A stretch of 64,000 nt of DNA from Christensenella sp. UBA3217 (GTDB lineage Bacteria > Bacillota > Clostridia > Christensenellales > CAG-1252): NCBI GenBank assembly GCA_002363545.1, contig DEWF01000005.1, positions 44,294 through 108,293 of the forward strand. Reading direction: 5' to 3'. Both the position numbers and the translations under genes were made by a program. Of the stretch, positions 59,044 through 64,000 are shown in pieces. The notes under the pieces were generated by a model. That model worked only from the letters and a program-made list of their open reading frames with translations. It was not told the origin of the DNA and ran no database searches. Each line of letters begins with the position of its first letter. Position 1 is the stretch's first letter.

Positions 59044-62000
59044 ATGAGAAAGCCTTTCGGAAAACGTATTATAACTTTGATGGTACTGTCGCTTTTGGCG
59101 ATTTGTTTGCTTTTTGTGGGATGCGGACAGGATGGGCCTTCCATTCCCGTGCCTACCAACATTGCCATCGATACGGAAACAGGCGTGCTGAGTTGGGACG
59201 AGGTGGACGGTGCTTTCGAGTACACGGTAAAGATCGATGAGGAAGAGTTTGTTTGTTTGGAACCCTCTTTTGAGCTTCCCATTTACGATTATTTGGATCA
59301 CATGGTCACCGTTTGCGTCACCACGCGTGACGGAAAGGGCGCCTATGCTTCCGCCGTGCTCTATCACAGGCAGGAAAAGACAAATTTGTTGCCCCAACTT
59401 GCGGTTCCCCGTAATATCAAAATGACTTCCTATCGATTGATGTGGGATCCCGTGGCGAACAATAACGGTTATAAAATCTTCTTTAACGGCAAGACCTTTA
59501 CCGCCGCAAAAAACGCAACTTATTACGATTTGGATCTTTCCAAAACGACCAACGGGTCCTATCAAGTGAAAATGCAAACCGTCGGCGACGGCATTACCTA
59601 TGCGTCAAGCAACATCAGCGCTTCTTACGATCTGAGAGTCACCGATCACAACGGTCCCATCAGGAATTTGCCCAAGACCGAGTTAACTTTCAACCCCGAG
59701 GATAAGACCCTCGAATGGGTGAACCTTTATTCCGCGTCCACGGTGGCGTATGAAATCTATATAAACGGTTCTTCGAGCGCCGTGGCGGTGATGGATGCGG
59801 ACGAAACGCTTACCAAAATGAATTATTTCCCCGTTTTGAACGGCACGAGCCGCGTCACTTACACTTTGCGCCTTGTGAGCAAAACCGGATTATACTCTCC
59901 TTCCGACCCTTCTGACGGTATCACCTTCCCCATTGCGGACGCGGCGCCCGCAGGGCTCGTTGCGGCGGCGGATGAAGAGAAGGACGGCTATTATCTCTCT
60001 TGGACGGAGAGCGCCTTTACGGATGGATACGTGGTGGAGATAGACGGGGCGCCGTATGAGCCCGTCACCGATTCCTGTTTGCGCATTCCCTCTTCTCTGG
60101 CGGCGGGCGTGCACTTTGCAAGAGTGAAAACCTATGGGAATAGCAGTTATTATGCCGATTCCTTTTATTCCGCATCCCTTTCTTTCCGCATGGACGCAAG
60201 CGGTCGTCTCGTTTTAACGGAGAGTGGCGCGGAATATCCCACGGTGGATCAAACCACGGATGGCATCGTTGTCACCGTGATGCAAAACCCCGATGCGGAC
60301 TATTATCGCTATACTTTTAAGGGCAAGAGCGGCACTTTTATTACGCAGGCGGAAGAGAATACCCTCAGGGTGACCCCAAGCACACTGAACGGCAGAGCGG
60401 CCACCGCTTCGGAGCTCTCTGCCATTGAGGCGCTGCTAAGTGATCTTGCCACCGGTATAGTGGTATCCGTATCGGCGGAGCATACGTCTGCGCTTTATCC
60501 TGCCGGTCTTTCTTCGGAAGAGGTGTTTATCTGCACCGATACCTCGGTGGTTTATACGGGGGCGCCCGTTAACTTCCGCTATACGGCGCAAGGCTTTGCT
60601 TGGGAAAGAATAGAGGGCATAGACAATTATGAGTTGGATCTGGACGGTGTGATCACCACGGTGGAGTCCAATGCAAGCATTCCCGCCATAGAGGAAGGCA
60701 CACATACCGCGCGCATTCGCGTGAAAGGACAAAACACCCTTTGGTCCAGAACCATCTTCTTCTCCGTGCCCGAAGTATTGGATCCGCCAACCGACTTGGA
60801 CGTATCTTCGAGCATCCTTTCCTTTAAGGGCAGCGAACATGCCGTGGGCTATCTTTTGTACGTGGAGGGAATGGCGGAGCCTATTTCCATCCGTTTGAAC
60901 GAGCAAAGGCTGGATCTGTCCTCGTATATTGATCAGGACAGAGAGTATCTTCTGAAGATGGTGGCGTTGGGGGATCAAATCAGTTATGCCGATTCCGGCT
61001 TTTCCGCCGAGTATCTTTACGTGAAGACAGACGCCGCATACGGCACGGAGAGCAAACCTTTTGAGCCTGCATCCGCCGCCGAATTGTGGAGCGTGATGCG
61101 GAACAATCCCACCGCACATATCTTGCTTACTGCCGCAGGGGATTATGATTTTTCCGATTTTGACTTTTCCCTTACCGAGCCCTTTACTTTCCGAGGCGTT
61201 CTGCGCGGTAATAGCCGCACCTTAACGGGAGCGACGCCCAACGGACCTCTTTTTGCGGCTCTGTCCGAGGCAACGATAAGGGATCTGACGGTGGAGATCA
61301 CGGTGGCGGGAGATTCTTTGTATCAAGAAGGATTGTTTACCCATCGCGCCGAAAAAACCAAGATCGAAAACTGTGTTTTCGTTTTAAAGGGAGAATTGAA
61401 TCTTTCCGGGGAAGTTTCGCTGGGCCTCATCTTTTTTGAGGCGGAAGATTGCCTTTTAACTGACGTGACGGTTCGATGTGACGATTTGCAAATACGCAAT
61501 GAACGGGGCGCCGTGCTGTGCGGCGTGGCGTATCGCTATGACGGCGGTGAGATCAAAAGATTGCATTTCCAAGGCGGCCTTTTGCTTGCAACCACCACCT
61601 TGCGCTTTGTTGGCGTGGCCGTGGAAGGTGAACTTTTGGTAAACGGACTCACTTCCGCTCTCAACTGTGACTTGCAGGGCTCCGAGCGCACTTCTTATTA
61701 CGGGGTAACGCTCAGGGGAGAATTGACCGCAAGTGCTCTTTCTCCCGATTTTGATGCAACCATCAAAGCACCCATCGTGGAGTATTACGGCGTTTCACCG
61801 AGCGGGGCAAGCCTTTCGGATTGTGAGCTCAAAGGAAAGGTGACGGTCAGTGAGGCCGTAAACGTTACGATGTACGGCGTGGGTGAAAGCATGCTGAATG
61901 CAAACAGGGTCACGGTAAAGACCAAAATGAAAGCAAATACGAGTGAAAGCCTGCGCGCCGCCGGTATTGTAAACGAACTGACGCAAAGCGTGCTCGCGCA

Positions 62001-64000
62001 AGCGCTGGCGGAAGACCTTTCCGATGAGGCGCTTAGTCAGCTTTTGGTGTTTGCGGGTAGCATAGAATCGCAGGCGGCGGAAACCACCGCGGCAAGCGTG
62101 CTAAGCGCAAGCGGGAACCTTGTGCTTTCTTCTTCCGGTCTTATCTCGGTCAAAGGGGGAACGGCTTTGTTGGCAGGCGGCGTGCTATACGCAGAAAACC
62201 TGCGTTTATTTGCACAAAGCAGTGAGATCGCGCTGGAAAACGTTAGTTTCTCGCGTGTGGGCGGCGCGGTATTCAGCGCACAAGGACAGGTGCACGTGCA
62301 GGGATCTGTCACCGTTTCGGCACAAGACTGCGGTGAAGTGTATTATGGCGGCGTTATTGCCCGCGGAGATGCCGACTTAACGATCGATGGTTATCTCGTT
62401 TCGGGTTCGATCGAAAGCGAACGCGCTTCCGTTGCGGGCGTTGGTTACGATACCGCAAACGTAACTTTGCAAAAAACCGATCTTACTGTGTCACTTGCCT
62501 TGACGGCGCAAACGCTGGAAGCCGCAGGTGCCGTGATCAAAGCAACATCCTTAACGCTTGGGGAGCAAACGCAACAACTAAACGCTTCTATCCGCGCAAC
62601 GGGAGAGGGCAGTGTGGCAGGCTTTGGCTTGACCCTCACGAGCCTTGCTCTCAACGATATAACGCTTACGGGCAAACTTTCCCTTTGCGGCACGGGTAGC
62701 GTGTACGGCGTGTCGGAAGAAGCGGGCGCCGCCGAAAACCTTTGCGTAAAAAGTGATTTGAAAGCGGAAGGGGACGTGACGGTGTGCGGCTTGTTTGGCA
62801 CGGTCAAGAGCGCGACGAACCTCTCTTTAAAGGATAACGAGATAGAACTGCTTACCGATAACGGCATCTTTTACGGTATTGCCAAGAGGGTAATTGACGG
62901 AAAGATCAAAAGCGCTTCGATCACGGGTGTTTCCTTAACGGCGAGTCCTCTTGCCAAAACGCAAAGTGAATTGGAACTTTACGGACTTTGCGAAAGCATT
63001 GCAACGGTGCAAGACTCCGCCATCTCTTCCTCACAGTTTGAAATAGGGTATTTTGATCTTTTCCGATTCGGCGGTTTGGCAGAAGCCTTTACCTCTTCCG
63101 TATCGGGTTGCTCGCTTTCCTTTGCGTTGATCTCTTCCGCCAAGAGCGCAGAGATAGGCGGCGTGGCTGTGGAAGGAAACGGAAGTATCATAGATACTTC
63201 CATCGGCACGGTGGGTTCTCCTCTTGCATTTACCATTAAGGGAGAAACCGCTTTGGGCGGCGTGCTTGCGCAGAGTGAAAACGTTATTATGTCAAACGGG
63301 GGCGCGTACGTGTCCCTTTCTCTCAACCTTCCCGAGGAAAGCGAAAGCAAATTCGGTGGCTGTTTTGCCGAGGTGTTATACGGCAAATCGGTTTCTCTTT
63401 CAAACTTCCTCTCCAATCTGACCGTTACGCGCACGGGCTCAGGCAGCGCTTTGTTAGGCGGCGTGGCGGCATATTCGCGCGGCGCGTTGATCGGCGGCAA
63501 ATCGATTGTGGATATCACCACCGAGTCTCGCAGTGACGTGGTGGGCGGTGCGGTTGCCGAAATGCAAGGTTGCACCCTTGTGAATTGCAGCGTGACGGGC
63601 ACCATTCGTGCTGAAGGAAGTGCGGGTGGCTTGTTTGGCAATGCCGTGAGCGGTGAAGCGGACGGCGTGATGACGGGCGTGACCATCGTATCCTCTCTGG
63701 GAAGTGTGGGCGGTCTGTTCTCTTCCGCAAGCGAACACTTTTCTCTTTCCAATGCGGCTTCGCTCTCTCGTTTAACGAATAAAGGTTGCGGTCTGTTCTG
63801 TTCCGCAAAGGACGTTTCTTTGAATAACTGTTATTTTGCGGGTTCGGCAAAGGAGTACGCTCTTGCGCAAAGTGCAAGCGATTGCACCGTCACCAACCTG
63901 TTCCTTGACGCAAGCCTGTACGGTTTGACCGATCTTTCCGTGTTGGGGAATGACTGCACTTGCTTGGAAGGGTACGCTCTGCGTTCTTTCGGCTATGGTT
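59044..64000 (+). CDS. Second giant surface lipoprotein (N-terminal Fn3-like repeats, then GLUG-like beta-helical repeats); 3' end outside window; NOT in supplied ORF track
   Basis: By manual translation I found no stop in this frame across 59044-61260 or in the last 100 nt. The rest is inferred from dense antisense shadow ORFs and the absence of competing + ORFs. Signal/lipobox MRKPFGKRIITLMVLSLLAICLLFVGC. Repeats include GVLSWDEVDGAFEYTVKI, YRLMWDPVANNNGYKIFF, LEWVNLYSASTVAYEIYI, YYLSWTESAFTDGYVVEI and GFAWERIEGIDNYELDL. Later motifs FRGVLRGNSRTLTG and GGLFGNAV resemble those of 1..7560. Confidence 0.8.
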   Translation, partial: MRKPFGKRIITLMVLSLLAICLLFVGCGQDGPSIPVPTNIAIDTETGVLSWDEVDGAFEYTVKIDEEEFVCLEPSFELPIYDYLDHMVTVCVTTRDGKGAYASAVLYHRQEKTNLLPQLAVPRNIKMTSYRLMWDPVANNNGYKIFFNGKTFTAAKNATYYDLDLSKTTNGSYQVKMQTVGDGITYASSNISASYDLRVTDHNGPIRNLPKTELTFNPEDKTLEWVNLYSASTVAYEIYINGSSSAVAVMDADETLTKMNYFPVLNGTSRVTYTLRLVSKTGLYSPSDPSDGITFPIADAAPAGLVAAADEEKDGYYLSWTESAFTDGYVVEIDGAPYEPVTDSCLRIPSSLAAGVHFARVKTYGNSSYYADSFYSASLSFRMDASGRLVLTESGAEYPTVDQTTDGIVVTVMQNPDADYYRYTFKGKSGTFITQAEENTLRVTPSTLNGRAATASELSAIEALLSDLATGIVVSVSAEHTSALYPAGLSSEEVFICTDTSVVYTGAPVNFRYTAQGFAWERIEGIDNYELDLDGVITTVESNASIPAIEEGTHTARIRVKGQNTLWSRTIFFSVPEVLDPPTDLDVSSSILSFKGSEHAVGYLLYVEGMAEPISIRLNEQRLDLSSYIDQDREYLLKMVALGDQISYADSGFSAEYLYVKTDAAYGTESKPFEPASAAELWSVMRNNPTAHILLTAAGDYDFSDFDFSLTEPFTFRGVLRGNSRTLTGATPNGPLFAALSEATIRDLTVEITVAGDSLYQEGLFTHRAEKTKIENCVFVLKGELNLSGEVSLGLIFFEAEDCLLTDVTVRCDDLQIRNERGAVLCGVAYRYDGGEIKRLHFQGGLLLATTTLRFVGVAVEGELLVNGLTSALNCDLQGSERTSYYGVTLRGELTASALSPDFDATIKAPIVEYYGVSPSGASLSDCELKGKVTVSEAVNVTMYGVGESMLNANRVTVKTKMKANTSESLRAAGIVNELTQSVLAQALAEDLSDEALSQLLVFAGSIESQAAETTAASVLSASGNLVLSSSGLISVKGGTALLAGGVLYAENLRLFAQSSEIALENVSFSRVGGAVFSAQGQVHVQGSVTVSAQDCGEVYYGGVIARGDADLTIDGYLVSGSIESERASVAGVGYDTANVTLQKTDLTVSLALTAQTLEAAGAVIKATSLTLGEQTQQLNASIRATGEGSVAGFGLTLTSLALNDITLTGKLSLCGTGSVYGVSEEAGAAENLCVKSDLKAEGDVTVCGLFGTVKSATNLSLKDNEIELLTDNGIFYGIAKRVIDGKIKSASITGVSLTASPLAKTQSELELYGLCESIATVQDSAISSSQFEIGYFDLFRFGGLAEAFTSSVSGCSLSFALISSAKSAEIGGVAVEGNGSIIDTSIGTVGSPLAFTIKGETALGGVLAQSENVIMSNGGAYVSLSLNLPEESESKFGGCFAEVLYGKSVSLSNFLSNLTVTRTGSGSALLGGVAAYSRGALIGGKSIVDITTESRSDVVGGAVAEMQGCTLVNCSVTGTIRAEGSAGGLFGNAVSGEADGVMTGVTIVSSLGSVGGLFSSASEHFSLSNAASLSRLTNKGCGLFCSAKDVSLNNCYFAGSAKEYALAQSASDCTVTNLFLDASLYGLTDLSVLGNDCTCLEGYALRSFGYG

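Noticed and set aside
60436-63877. Several 90-257-aa minus-strand ORFs (60436..61119, 62445..62867, 62979..63752, 63515..63877)
   Set aside because: They all lie antisense to the unlisted giant + strand ORF starting at 59044. Their sequences are P/S/T/A/R-rich and have no domain signatures.
1-64000. CRISPR arrays, cas genes, rRNA operons
   Set aside because: I saw no regularly spaced direct repeats and no rRNA-like sequence on either strand. The only RNA gene I can support is tRNA-Ser.

Overview
The window looks like a Firmicutes/Clostridia-type chromosome, based on the conserved dgt-dnaG-sigA-trmK-nif3-COG1579 gene order. It is about half housekeeping and transport genes. Two giant GLUG-like surface-protein genes sit at the edges and are both truncated by the window; the right-hand one (59044 to the window end) is absent from the supplied ORF track. 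The host backbone (1-35.9 kb and 57.1-64 kb) carries an ECF S-component-like gene, putP, a metallophosphoesterase, pdxK and a phosphoglycerate-mutase-like enzyme fused to a TM/extracellular domain. It also carries an Ig-repeat lipoprotein, a candidate Mn2+ (yybP-ykoY) riboswitch ahead of a CaCA exchanger, a split ChrA pair and an ArsR/HMA/P1B-ATPase metal operon. The rest of the backbone is an SGNH lipoprotein, two glycoside hydrolases, luxS, tRNA-Ser(CGA), a PNPOx/Nim-like gene, a LURP-one-like gene and a cupin. The key feature is a roughly 21.2-kb island (35920-57144) that is AT-richer by eye and sits in the 3' end of tRNA-Ser. It is bounded by a 14-bp direct repeat and carries a large serine recombinase. 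Its cargo is almost entirely conflict-system genes. These are (i) a TM-less FtsH-like AAA+/M41 protease plus a 106-aa partner, (ii) a WYL regulator plus a GIY-YIG nuclease, (iii) an internally deleted IS200 remnant, (iv) a DUF4238-like gene and (v) a co-directional array. The array runs AAA_14/DUF4143 ATPase, HsdR, fused HsdM-HsdS, AbiTii-like, HEPN+zinc-ribbon, SF1 helicase with a large unknown N-domain, and a nucleotide-cyclase-like palm protein. A structured non-coding region lies ahead of the recombinase module. The best candidates for an undescribed system are the helicase/cyclase-like pair (with the adjacent AbiTii/HEPN pair) and the FtsH-like protease operon. All functional calls rest on motif recognition by eye; no database search was run.
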